Below are positions 8,943 to 16,972 of a stretch of 64,000 nucleotides of DNA, one piece after another. A program made the translations under genes and the position numbers. The stretch covers positions 38,016-102,015 of the forward strand of contig JADFYJ010000002.1 in assembly GCA_015233115.1 (NCBI GenBank), in the 5' to 3' direction. Below the pieces are notes generated by a model. It was not told the DNA's origin. It did not search any database and saw only the letters and a program-made list of their open reading frames with translations. The DNA comes from Candidatus Omnitrophota bacterium (lineage in GTDB: Bacteria > Omnitrophota > Gorgyraeia > Zapsychrales > Zapsychraceae). The first letter of the stretch is position 1. Every line of letters starts with the position of its first letter.

Positions 8943-8973
8943 TAAAGGTGGTAAAGGTATAAAGGTGATAAAG
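8943..8973. repeat. tandem nonamer repeat (taaaggtgR x3.5), family G
   Basis: ataaaggtggtaaaggtataaaggtgataaagg. The reverse complement recurs at ~61366-61395. Confidence 0.4.
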
Positions 8974-8983
8974 GAAAATAAAA

Positions 8984-9030
8984 CTAAAAATAAAAAAGCC
9001 GCAGGTTGTGAACAATTATCCAACCTGCGG
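8984..9030 (-). terminator. rho-independent terminator downstream of the SET/speH-like operon
   Basis: Perfect 10-bp stem ccgcaggttg/caacctgcgg, followed on the minus strand by cttttttatttttag. Confidence 0.5.
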
Positions 9031-9054
9031 TTTGAATGACTCGTTGACTGATCC

Positions 9055-9510
9055 TTATCTCGCAAAAGCCGGAGCTAACGCTTCTTCTCGGCTGGATACG
9101 TATCCGCGGCAATTAGGCGCGCCACAGGAACAGTTGAACGGCTTAAACAGCACATCTTCTGTTTGTAGGTAATCCATGGTGATCAGTTCGCCCGGGTTAA
9201 TCGCCTGCACAGCAATGAATTGCCGTGTTTCCATGTTGCAGTACGTATTAGGATTACAACAATGCAAAACTTTACCCATAAAAAATGGGTCGTGCACATG
9301 TAAACCATTGCGATAACGCAAGGAATACTGAGTGATCTCAGTGACTAAAAACCCTGTAAACGCGAACACAATGTCGCCAGGCAGAAATGACTTTAAAGCC
9401 ATAACGCCGTTGCCGACACTGTCACCGATTTTTTGAATACGGAAATCTCCTGGTTTAGGCTCATAAGGAAATTCAGGTAATGAATCTGGATAGAATCGAT
9501 TTTTTATCAT
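9055..9510 (-). CDS. SET-domain protein (putative protein-lysine methyltransferase)
   Basis: GNGVMA (GxG). HCCNPNTYC matches the NHSCxPN motif. GELITMDY matches ELTFDY. Post-SET CSCGAPNCRG is present. Confidence 0.8.
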   Translation of the reverse strand: MIKNRFYPDSLPEFPYEPKPGDFRIQKIGDSVGNGVMALKSFLPGDIVFAFTGFLVTEITQYSLRYRNGLHVHDPFFMGKVLHCCNPNTYCNMETRQFIAVQAINPGELITMDYLQTEDVLFKPFNCSCGAPNCRGYVSSREEALAPAFAR

Positions 9511-9884
9511 CTTAATAGCACCTGGTAATTTGTGGTTGTTGGTCCAAAAGTTTTTTTCAAGAAGTCAACTACGGCTTCTTCCGAAAAAGTCTTGCAACTA
9601 AAGACATCCAGATACATATCGCCCGCCTGGTCATTGGTATGCATGGTGATAGCGCTGGTCTCGATTAATTGTACGCCTGAGATACCGGTTTGCACTCCTT
9701 TGCCAAAACGTTCGACAACAGGGTCACCAAAGGCAACCATATCAATCAATTTGACAAGTTTCGTTATCCAACCTGAAATAACTTTTTTGTCCAAAATATT
9801 GTCATTGCAGCCACGGGCGGTAATGATCAAATGTTTGCCATAATAAACAACCCCATCATATTTAATACATCTATATTCCTGCAT
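9507..9884 (-). CDS. S-adenosylmethionine decarboxylase proenzyme-like protein (SpeH/AdoMetDC family)
   Basis: GKHLIITARGCN, VQLIETSAITMHT and YLDVFSCKTF align with SpeH GRHLxAEFYxCD, ESHxxIHTWPE and DxFTCG. The canonical ES|H processing site is replaced by E-T-S. 4-nt overlap (ATGA) with the SET gene. Confidence 0.6.
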   Translation of the reverse strand: MQEYRCIKYDGVVYYGKHLIITARGCNDNILDKKVISGWITKLVKLIDMVAFGDPVVERFGKGVQTGISGVQLIETSAITMHTNDQAGDMYLDVFSCKTFSEEAVVDFLKKTFGPTTTNYQVLLR

Positions 9885-10097
9885 TAGTTTTATTCATCCT
9901 CCATAACTAAAGTTAATTTTATATCGCAAATCCCTATTCATGCGTGTAAGGCATAAACAGAAAGTACTTTCTCATCTCCCTTTAAATATTTTAGCGTTAA
10001 ATACCTAACTAATTTACAACATTCGGATTATTAGTTGAGGTCCTTATCGATAAACCCTCCTTTTATTAGGTTAACCAAACCCGCAATCTGGGTCAAT

Positions 10098-10583
10098 TTA
10101 TTTTGCAGCCGGAGCCGGTTCTGTCATGCCTGTTGGAGCAGAATTAGCCGGTTCTTCTTTTGTTGTGTCTGATTTAGATATCATTTTCGCAGTTTTTTTA
10201 CCATTCAAATCCTGATATACTACTTCTATCACATCTCCCGCTTTAAGATCCGCCAACCCAGCGATGCCTTCATAGGCTGTTTCCGCATCAGCCACAGTTT
10301 CTGTGTCAGTAGCTTTTCCTGATACATCGTCTTGTTCTGTCACAACAATGGTATTTCCATTAATACTTTTTAAACTTCCAAAAGCGAATCCCAAATTTTC
10401 ATCTGTCGCGTCACCGCCTTGAGTCGTTTCTTCCGGAGCAGCGGCTGTATCAGGTGATTTATCTGCCGGCGCTGTTACCGCAGCCGCGTCAGGGGCAGCC
10501 GTTGGAGCAGTTTGAGCGAACAACAAAGAACCAGTCAAACACACACCCATCACTGCCATCCATAATATTGTCCATTTACGCAT
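10098..10583 (-). CDS. secreted low-complexity Ala/Pro/Thr-rich protein
   Basis: Signal peptide (MRKWTILWMAVMGVCLTGSLLFA) then an APT-rich acidic region. Confidence 0.45.
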   Translation of the reverse strand: MRKWTILWMAVMGVCLTGSLLFAQTAPTAAPDAAAVTAPADKSPDTAAAPEETTQGGDATDENLGFAFGSLKSINGNTIVVTEQDDVSGKATDTETVADAETAYEGIAGLADLKAGDVIEVVYQDLNGKKTAKMISKSDTTKEEPANSAPTGMTEPAPAAK

Positions 10584-11130
10584 ACCATCTTCTCCTTTGT
10601 TTGAAACGCATCACTTTAAAATTTCTATAACCCAAAATAAAAAACGCATCCGAATTTTTCAAAAGCCACTAAGCCCATCTGGTAAGCACAGGGTTAACAA
10701 CTTTAAAAAATTTAAATGCGTTCAACTTTCTTTCCTCGTCAGTCCCAAATATTTGTTTGGCCTGATACTAAGCATTACACCTAGATTTTTCGGGAACTTC
10801 GCTCCTTCTTCATCTTTATGATGTTATTAAAGCAAATTTAAAACTAATGTCAAAAAGAAATACATTTATTTTTAAAATATTTTCAATGCCATAATCACGG
10901 TCGAAAAGTAATTGGAAGTATAACATAAATTCAAAAAAAAACATCTTTTTTTAAAAAATAAATTTTGCGCGTTTTTTAAAGACACAGAAATATCTCGCGC
11001 CTTACGCATATTTTAAAAATTCACTTGCTTAACCAATCGCTTTATCGTAAAATTCCAACCTAAAGTGGAATGCACAGCATGAAATGGTGAGCGTAGTCGA
11101 ACCATTGAATGCGAAATCGGCAACAGACTG

Positions 11131-11142
11131 TTTGGTATATAG
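11131..11142 (+). promoter_or_regulatory. candidate extended -10 promoter element for the tRNA gene
   Basis: tggtatatag fits TGnTATAAT and lies ~10 nt upstream of the mature tRNA 5' end. No good -35 found. Confidence 0.25.
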
Positions 11143-11151
11143 TTTTTTCAT

Positions 11152-11227
11152 GGCGGGGTAGCTCAGCTGGTAGAGCATACGGTTCATACCCGTAGCGTCG
11201 AGAGTTCGATCCTCTCCCCCGCCACCA
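11152..11227 (+). tRNA. tRNA with CAT anticodon (Met elongator or Ile2-lysidine type), CCA encoded
   Basis: 76-nt cloverleaf. Acceptor ggcgggg/ccccgcc. D-arm gctcagctggtagagc. Anticodon stem tacgg/ccgta with loop ttCATac. T-arm gagagttcgatcctctc. G1:C72 argues against initiator tRNA. Confidence 0.85.
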
Positions 11228-11244
11228 TTTCTACGAGGGCTCTT

Positions 11245-11916
11245 ATGAAACTCTGGGGCGCAGTCGTCGCAATATTATATGTTTTTATTTTGCTATTCCT
11301 ATTTGCTCCGCTTTCGGCATTTCTGTTGTCTTCTAGTAATTCCCCCATTTCGGCACAAACTATTCTTTCCGTCTATAATTCAGCTGGTGTCAGTTTATGG
11401 TATTTCGCCGCAGTCATGCTTATCGCAGAAAGCGCACTCTTATCTATACCTGTCAGTATTAACGAAAACAGGCCCATAAATAAACGATCAATTATTCCCC
11501 TTGCCCTTGCCTCTTCACTAATGATGACCCTTTTATTGACCGGAATGCTGTTAACGCTATGTGAAGTTTTTGCACCAAAATTATCCGGTGGGACTCAAAA
11601 CGGAAGATTTTTTTTAATCTTATGCGCAGTGCTTTGGATTTTTTGGTCCATTATCTTTTTTCTTTGGAGCAAGAAAAATGAACCGATGCCCTTTATTAAA
11701 ACATTATGCCGGTTATTATACCGGGGAAGTATTTTAGAATTATTGATAGCTGTTCCATCTCATATCTATGTAAGACAAAGGAATGAATGTTGCGCCGGCA
11801 TTGGCACATTTATCGGAATAGCCGCGGGTATTTCCGTCATGCTCTTTTCGTTCGGTCCCGGTGTATTTTTTCTCTTTAAAGAACGATTAGAACATCTCAC
11901 CAAAAAATCTAAATAA
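11245..11916 (+). CDS. hypothetical polytopic membrane protein
   Basis: Several predicted TM helices, 17 nt downstream of the tRNA. No motif recognised. Confidence 0.45.
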   Translation: MKLWGAVVAILYVFILLFLFAPLSAFLLSSSNSPISAQTILSVYNSAGVSLWYFAAVMLIAESALLSIPVSINENRPINKRSIIPLALASSLMMTLLLTGMLLTLCEVFAPKLSGGTQNGRFFLILCAVLWIFWSIIFFLWSKKNEPMPFIKTLCRLLYRGSILELLIAVPSHIYVRQRNECCAGIGTFIGIAAGISVMLFSFGPGVFFLFKERLEHLTKKSK

Positions 11917-12034
11917 AAATTTAATTTTTTTGCTAATAATTTTCCATCTTCAACAGTTTTTTATGTATCGTAGGACTTTTTTAAATTGTCAATTGGTCAT
12001 TTTTATTTAGTTTTTGTCCCATCAATCGCTTTTT

Positions 12035-12069
12035 CTTTGTTACTCTGTTACTCTGTCACTCTGTTACTT
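12035..12069. repeat. solo arm of family C repeat (tandem gttactcN heptamers)
   Basis: ctttgttactctgttactctgtcactctgttactt, preceded by cccatcaatcgctttt as at ~14651. Overlaps the radC stop codon. Confidence 0.5.
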
Positions 12070-12755
12070 TATAACAATCCTTCATCCGCAAAACTGAAGT
12101 ACTTTTCTTCGGCAATAATGATATGGTCCAGAATTTTAACTTGGAGAGTCTCTCCTGCCATTTTAAGGCGCTCAGTAAAAACTTTGTCTTGTCTACTCGG
12201 AGTAGGATCGCCTGACGGGTGATTATGCGCGCAAATAACTGATGACGCGAAACACTCCATGGCTTTTTTATATATTTCACGAATAATAGGATTAACCTGA
12301 TTCACTGTTCCGGTTTGCTCTTCGCAAATATTTAAAATCCGGTTTTGGCTATCCAGATAAATAGTTTTAAAAATTTCAATTTTTAGATGACACACCTGTG
12401 GATAAATAATTTCAAATATTTGCTGTGATGATGAGATTTTAATTTTGTTATCCTGCCGCTCAACTTCCAAAAACCTGCGGCCGATTTCAATAGCCGCTTT
12501 AATCTGGGCTAATTTGGCCGGACCAATGCCTTTTATTTCTGTCCACTCTTTAACTGTCGCGCAACTCATATTACGGAAGGTTTTGAAGCGATCTAGTATG
12601 CTCCGGGATAAATCCAGCGCGGATTGCCCCCTAACACCTGTCCTCAATAAAATAGCCAAAAGTTCAGAACTTGATAGATTCTTTTCGCCGTATTTCGATA
12701 ATTTTTCCCGCGGACGGTCGTCAACAGGCCATTGATTAATTGGATAAACAGACAT
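12069..12755 (-). CDS. radC: RadC-like JAB-domain protein
   Basis: HNHPSGDPTPSRQDKVFTERL (JAMM/RadC motif). N-terminal helix-hairpin-helix-like region. Confidence 0.8.
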   Translation of the reverse strand: MSVYPINQWPVDDRPREKLSKYGEKNLSSSELLAILLRTGVRGQSALDLSRSILDRFKTFRNMSCATVKEWTEIKGIGPAKLAQIKAAIEIGRRFLEVERQDNKIKISSSQQIFEIIYPQVCHLKIEIFKTIYLDSQNRILNICEEQTGTVNQVNPIIREIYKKAMECFASSVICAHNHPSGDPTPSRQDKVFTERLKMAGETLQVKILDHIIIAEEKYFSFADEGLL

Positions 12756-12827
12756 ACTTCTCCCTTGTAATTCTAGGGAAGTATCTTGGTGGGGAAATGT
12801 GAGGAAAATTAATTATATCAAGTGAAA

Positions 12828-12981
12828 GGTCAGAAGTCAAACGTCAGACGATAAATAAGGGATGTGGGGCAAAAACGATTGCGTGAAAAACGATAATTTT
12901 GTTGCGGGAGATCAGGAGATCTCCCCTACGAAAAAAACGAATATCTTATTTCGCCTTTAAACTATTTTCCCTTTGTGACCT
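12828..12981. repeat. composite of repeat fragments (family B-like arms flanking a family A right TIR)
   Basis: ggtcagaagtcaaacgtcagacg ... gcgggagatcaggagatctcccctacg ... cctttgtgacc. Confidence 0.45.
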
Positions 12982-13006
12982 AAATAAGTTGGTTTCACAT
13001 ATACGA

Positions 13007-13309
13007 TTAGGTGAAAAAAATAACATATAACAAAATTAAAACAGCCACACCCATGGCCATATAAAAACGGTTATAATATATCAAATCCTGAATACGTTCT
13101 TGGGCGGAATATTCATACTGTACTGTTTCAACTTTAACAGAACCAACATTTTTTAAGTCCAAGACTTCTTCGTGCTTCAAACGCAAAAATTTATTCGCGA
13201 TTTTATATGCCTGTAATTTGCGTTCTTCAATCAGATCCATGACCTTGCGCTCGGTGACACCTAGCAATTGCGCGCTTTCCCGGACTGAAATATATTGAGG
13301 ACTATTCAT
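13007..13309 (-). CDS. excisionase/MerR-type HTH protein with C-terminal TM anchor
   Basis: The likely start is MNSPQYISVRESAQLLGVTERKVMDLIEERKL (HTH_17-like). C-terminal hydrophobic helix MAMGVAVLILLYVIFF. The track ORF begins earlier, at 13342. Confidence 0.45.
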   Translation of the reverse strand: MNSPQYISVRESAQLLGVTERKVMDLIEERKLQAYKIANKFLRLKHEEVLDLKNVGSVKVETVQYEYSAQERIQDLIYYNRFYMAMGVAVLILLYVIFFT

Positions 13310-13314
13310 GTTTA

Positions 13315-13842
13315 TTAAGCTACTTTCGCTGATCCTGCCCAAATCTCAATTTTTTGCTTTTCAAAAAGCCACGCGCGTCCGCTTTTAATGCCCGGTATCT
13401 CTCCCGTATTCGCCATGCGTTCAATTTCTTCTCCGTCAATCTCCAAATAATGCGCGACTTCCTCCATGGATAAAAGACCTTCAACCATTTGGCATTTACC
13501 GTTAAAAATCGCGCCTTCGACAATATTCACCTTAGGCGAGACAATGTTTCCCAAAACAACTGCCGTCGGCAACAAAACCAACATTTTATGCGCCAGCACA
13601 TCGCCGGTGACTTTTCCGGCAATAATGACATTGTCACTGATAATGTTTGCATCCACTTCCGAAGTTTCGCCAATAGCTAGAGAACCATGGGTATCCAGAC
13701 TTCCGATAAATTTCCCGTTAATCTTCAAATTGACCGGGTCTTTAAATACCAAATTGCCCTGCATTTCCGCATTGATCTCGATGTTACGGCCCATTTCTTC
13801 AGAAGCATTATTCTTATCATCTCTACGCGGACGTAAACCCAT
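13315..13842 (-). CDS. bactofilin-domain protein with C-terminal excisionase-type HTH
   Basis: Beta-helical repeat region ending in EGAIFNGKCQM, which matches the bactofilin consensus EEGARFNGRCRM. C-terminal SMEEVAHYLEIDGEEIERMANTGEIPGIKSGRAWLFEKQKI resembles an HTH_17 domain. Confidence 0.7.
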   Translation of the reverse strand: MGLRPRRDDKNNASEEMGRNIEINAEMQGNLVFKDPVNLKINGKFIGSLDTHGSLAIGETSEVDANIISDNVIIAGKVTGDVLAHKMLVLLPTAVVLGNIVSPKVNIVEGAIFNGKCQMVEGLLSMEEVAHYLEIDGEEIERMANTGEIPGIKSGRAWLFEKQKIEIWAGSAKVA

Positions 13843-13859
13843 ACCAACTTCCTTTATTC

Positions 13860-14312
13860 TTATTGATGACTTTTATGTTTTTCTTTAAGTTTTGTTTCGA
13901 ACGGTTTAATTAAAATCAAAACAGAAGCCACGGCCGCCGTAATAAACATCGCCGTTTGATACATGCCGCATCCGACGGCAATACCTATTCCGGCTACAAT
14001 CCATAATGATGCCGCAGTGGTCAGCCCCATCACATGCGAATCACCCCGGAAAATCGCCCCGCCGCATAAAAAACCTATACCAGTAATAATTCCCGTGATA
14101 ATCCGGGCCGGATCCCCTTTAGTTGTCCCATTGTATATATCAGAAAGGTAAAAGGAAGTCAATACGAGGAGTGTCGTACTGACTCCGACCAAGATATGAG
14201 TGCGCAAACCCGCGTCTTTGAATTTCAGTTCGCGTTCTATTCCGATGACTCCGGACAAGAACATAATCAATCCCACCTTAGACATCACCTGCAAAATAGG
14301 CATTTCCGTCAT
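13860..14312 (-). CDS. mgtC: MgtC/SapB family membrane protein
   Basis: LIMFLSGVIGIERE..AGLRTHILVGVSTTLL is typical of the MgtC N-terminal domain. Confidence 0.65.
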   Translation of the reverse strand: MTEMPILQVMSKVGLIMFLSGVIGIERELKFKDAGLRTHILVGVSTTLLVLTSFYLSDIYNGTTKGDPARIITGIITGIGFLCGGAIFRGDSHVMGLTTAASLWIVAGIGIAVGCGMYQTAMFITAAVASVLILIKPFETKLKEKHKSHQ

Positions 14313-14324
14313 TGGTAACCTCCC

Positions 14325-14697
14325 TTATAGTAACCGAGTAACAAAGTAACAGAGCAAAAGCAAAAAACTATTGGTTTAAAAAACATAAAACCAAAAAGCC
14401 AGATTAACCGAATAACAAAGAAACCGAGCGAAAGTAGAAAACGATTGGTTTAAAACATACAAAACAAAAAAATCATAACTAAAAATTAATTTGAAAAAAT
14501 CAAATAAAGTAACATAAAAATCGTATTGAAAAACTTTGATAAAACAACTCGTAAACATCACTGTCTTTTATCTTTTAAAACCAATATTCCCATTCGTATT
14601 TAAATTTTTTCACCAATCTTTTTTTTCGCTGCCACTTTGACACGTTTTGTTTTTCACCCATCGCTTTTACTCTGTTACTCGGTTACTCGGTCACTTT
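14325..14697. mobile_element. IR-flanked element, family C (~370 bp)
   Basis: Left arm agtaaccgagtaacaaagtaacagag. Right arm ctctgttactcggttactcggtcact. Internal direct repeats aacNattggtttaaaa(a)cataNaaaac. The right arm encodes the last 6 codons and stop of tsaD. Confidence 0.6.
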
Positions 14698-15649
14698 TAA
14701 AATAGTATGCCAATCCCGCCACCATGGCCGCATTGTCTGTGCACAAGATCATGGGCGGAAAAAATACTTTAATCCCGCGCGTCTTTGCCTCTTCCGTCAA
14801 ATGATGACGCAAACACGAGTTAGCCGCAACGCCGCCGCCGATCACAATCGCCTTATTTTTTGTCTTTAAACACGCGTCAATGGTTTTACGAGTTATCACT
14901 TCAATAATACTTTCCTGAAATGAAAAAGCAAGGTCTGCTTTATTAAAATCAGGATCATGGCTGTGAGCTTTCAAATAATACAAAACCGCGGTCTTGATCC
15001 CGCTGAAACTAAAATCAAAACTATCCGGAAATGCCGCGCACTTTAAAGGGATACGTTGACCTTTGGACTGCTTTGCCAATTTATCAATCAAAGGGCCGCC
15101 CGGATATCCCAGCTCAAGAATCTTGGCCACTTTATCAAAGGCTTCGCCGACCGCATCGTCGCGCGACTGGCCCAGTAACTTAAAATTTTTAAAATCCTTA
15201 ATCTGGTAAATATTGGAATGCCCGCCGGAAACAACTAACCCGATACACGGCAAATCAGGGATTTCTTGCTTTTGTCCTTTAAAGGTAAGAAAATTCGCGT
15301 ATAAATGCGCCTTAATATGATCAATCAGAATAAGCGGTTTATTTAAGGCCAAACTTAAACCTTGGGCAAATGAGATGCCAACTAAAAGCGAGCCGATCAA
15401 ACCCGGATGCGAGGTCACGCTGAACGCGTCAATATCCGTCCAACGCAAACCAGCCTGCGACAAGCTTTCCTGTACCACGATATTAATGAATTCCAACTGG
15501 CGGCGGGAAGCGATCTCCGGAATCACTCCTCCGTACTTGGCGTGATCTTTAAGACTGGATGCTATCACGTTGGAATGGATTATTCTTCCATCTTCAACGA
15601 TCGAACATCCAGTCTCATCACACGAAGTTTCAATGCCTAAAATATACAT
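14675..15649 (-). CDS. tsaD: tRNA N6-adenosine threonylcarbamoyltransferase
   Basis: MYILGIETSCDETGCSIV N-terminus plus Kae1/TsaD family sequence throughout. Confidence 0.9.
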   Translation of the reverse strand: MYILGIETSCDETGCSIVEDGRIIHSNVIASSLKDHAKYGGVIPEIASRRQLEFINIVVQESLSQAGLRWTDIDAFSVTSHPGLIGSLLVGISFAQGLSLALNKPLILIDHIKAHLYANFLTFKGQKQEIPDLPCIGLVVSGGHSNIYQIKDFKNFKLLGQSRDDAVGEAFDKVAKILELGYPGGPLIDKLAKQSKGQRIPLKCAAFPDSFDFSFSGIKTAVLYYLKAHSHDPDFNKADLAFSFQESIIEVITRKTIDACLKTKNKAIVIGGGVAANSCLRHHLTEEAKTRGIKVFFPPMILCTDNAAMVAGLAYYFKSDRVTE

Positions 15650-15652
15650 TTT

Positions 15653-16972
15653 CTATTTTTCGAATTTTTTATACACCTTGATTCCATTCAATACATTGAT
15701 CGCGCCTTGAACCTGATTATCATTCAAAAGCTCGTCATGAATTTCAGCCGCGCGTTTTTTGGCCGCGTCTTGCTCCTGAACCGGAGCAGGCTTATTCGTC
15801 TTCTCTACATTTTCAAAAATAGAATCCACATCTTTTTCATTCGGATCTTTTTTCTTGGCATCTTCATCATCCTTCTTAGGATAAATCCGTTCGATCACCA
15901 CATCCGGAATAATACCCTTTTCATGGATCGAAACACCAGAAGGAGTAAAATACTTTGCCGTCGTTAAACGAAGACCGGAACCATCCGGCATCGGAATCAC
16001 GGACTGCACAGACCCTTTTCCGAATGATTTTGTACCTAAAAGAACCGCTCGTTTATTATCTTTTAATGCACCGGCTAAAATCTCGCTTCCGGAGGCGCTT
16101 CCCTGATTGATCATAACCACTGTCGGCCAAGGGACCACATGGTCTTTGTTCGTCGACAAAGCGATTGAATTCTGACTTTCTCTGCGTCCTTTGGTTGAAA
16201 CAATAGTCTTGCCTTCAGGTAAAAACTCTTCGGTAATGGCAATGGCTACATTCAACAGACCGCCCGGATTATTACGGAGATCCAGAATCAACCCTTCCGC
16301 TCCCTGAGTTTTTAACTGCTCAACTGCTTTATGAAATTCCTTATATGAATCTTCACGGAATTCCGTTAAACGGATGTATCCGATATTATCCTTTAAAATT
16401 TGGGTATTTTTAATGTCCTGGATATGTATGATTTCACGGGTTAACGTGAATTCCAAAATTTTCGAATCACTCTCCCTCAAAACCGTAATCGTGACTTTTG
16501 TGCCGGGTTCTCCGCGCAACTTTTTGACAGCGTCATTCAAGGTCATATCACGGGTGATAACATTTTCAATCTTAACAATACGATCGCCGGATTTAACACC
16601 TGCCCGCCATGCCGGCGTGTCTTCGATCGGAGTAATAATCGTCAACAAACCATCTTTGACCGTAATCTCAATTCCCAAACCTCCAAATTTTCCTTCTGTC
16701 TCGGTTTTCAAATCTTTGTACTCATCTGGATCAAGAAATTGACTGTGCGGATCCAGAGATGATAATAGACCTTTCAGCGAGCCATAGATCAAATCTTTCG
16801 GCTTAACATCATCCACATATTCCGTCTTGACCGTGGTTAACGCGTAGCTGAACAACTCGATTTGCGTGAACAAATCATCTTTAACCGCGCGGTCCATTTG
16901 TGAAACAGCCAATGTCCCTATCGATAAAACACCGACAATACCGATAATGGCTATAAAAATTTTCTTACGCAT
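15653..16972 (-). CDS. ctpA: carboxyl-terminal processing protease (S41 family, PDZ domain)
   Basis: Signal/TM N-terminus, PDZ domain (GDRIVKIENV) and S41 catalytic region (GSASGSEILAGAL...SFGKGSVQ). Confidence 0.85.
   Translation of the reverse strand: MRKKIFIAIIGIVGVLSIGTLAVSQMDRAVKDDLFTQIELFSYALTTVKTEYVDDVKPKDLIYGSLKGLLSSLDPHSQFLDPDEYKDLKTETEGKFGGLGIEITVKDGLLTIITPIEDTPAWRAGVKSGDRIVKIENVITRDMTLNDAVKKLRGEPGTKVTITVLRESDSKILEFTLTREIIHIQDIKNTQILKDNIGYIRLTEFREDSYKEFHKAVEQLKTQGAEGLILDLRNNPGGLLNVAIAITEEFLPEGKTIVSTKGRRESQNSIALSTNKDHVVPWPTVVMINQGSASGSEILAGALKDNKRAVLLGTKSFGKGSVQSVIPMPDGSGLRLTTAKYFTPSGVSIHEKGIIPDVVIERIYPKKDDEDAKKKDPNEKDVDSIFENVEKTNKPAPVQEQDAAKKRAAEIHDELLNDNQVQGAINVLNGIKVYKKFEK

Noticed and set aside
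8833-9015. N-terminal 61-aa extension of the large REC-domain ORF (track start at 9015)
   Set aside because: The extension is low-complexity Phe/Ile-rich sequence translated from an AT-rich promoter region that contains the family G repeat. An internal Met with a GGGGG RBS at ~8832 is a far better start.
11096-11110. 15-mer tcgaaccattgaatg shared between the tRNA upstream region and the PilZ upstream region (21178-21192)
   Set aside because: A single exact 15-mer match is within chance expectation for 64 kb of AT-rich sequence on two strands. No extended similarity on either side.
10822-11150. Long AT-rich region upstream of the tRNA as a possible ncRNA or origin-like region
   Set aside because: Only short 5-bp hairpins and A/T homopolymers are present. 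There are no DnaA-box clusters, conserved structure or repeats. It is most simply a divergent promoter region.
14376-14561. 61-aa ORF inside the family C element
   Set aside because: Low-complexity Phe-rich translation of the AT-rich element core, with no RBS. Not credible as a gene.
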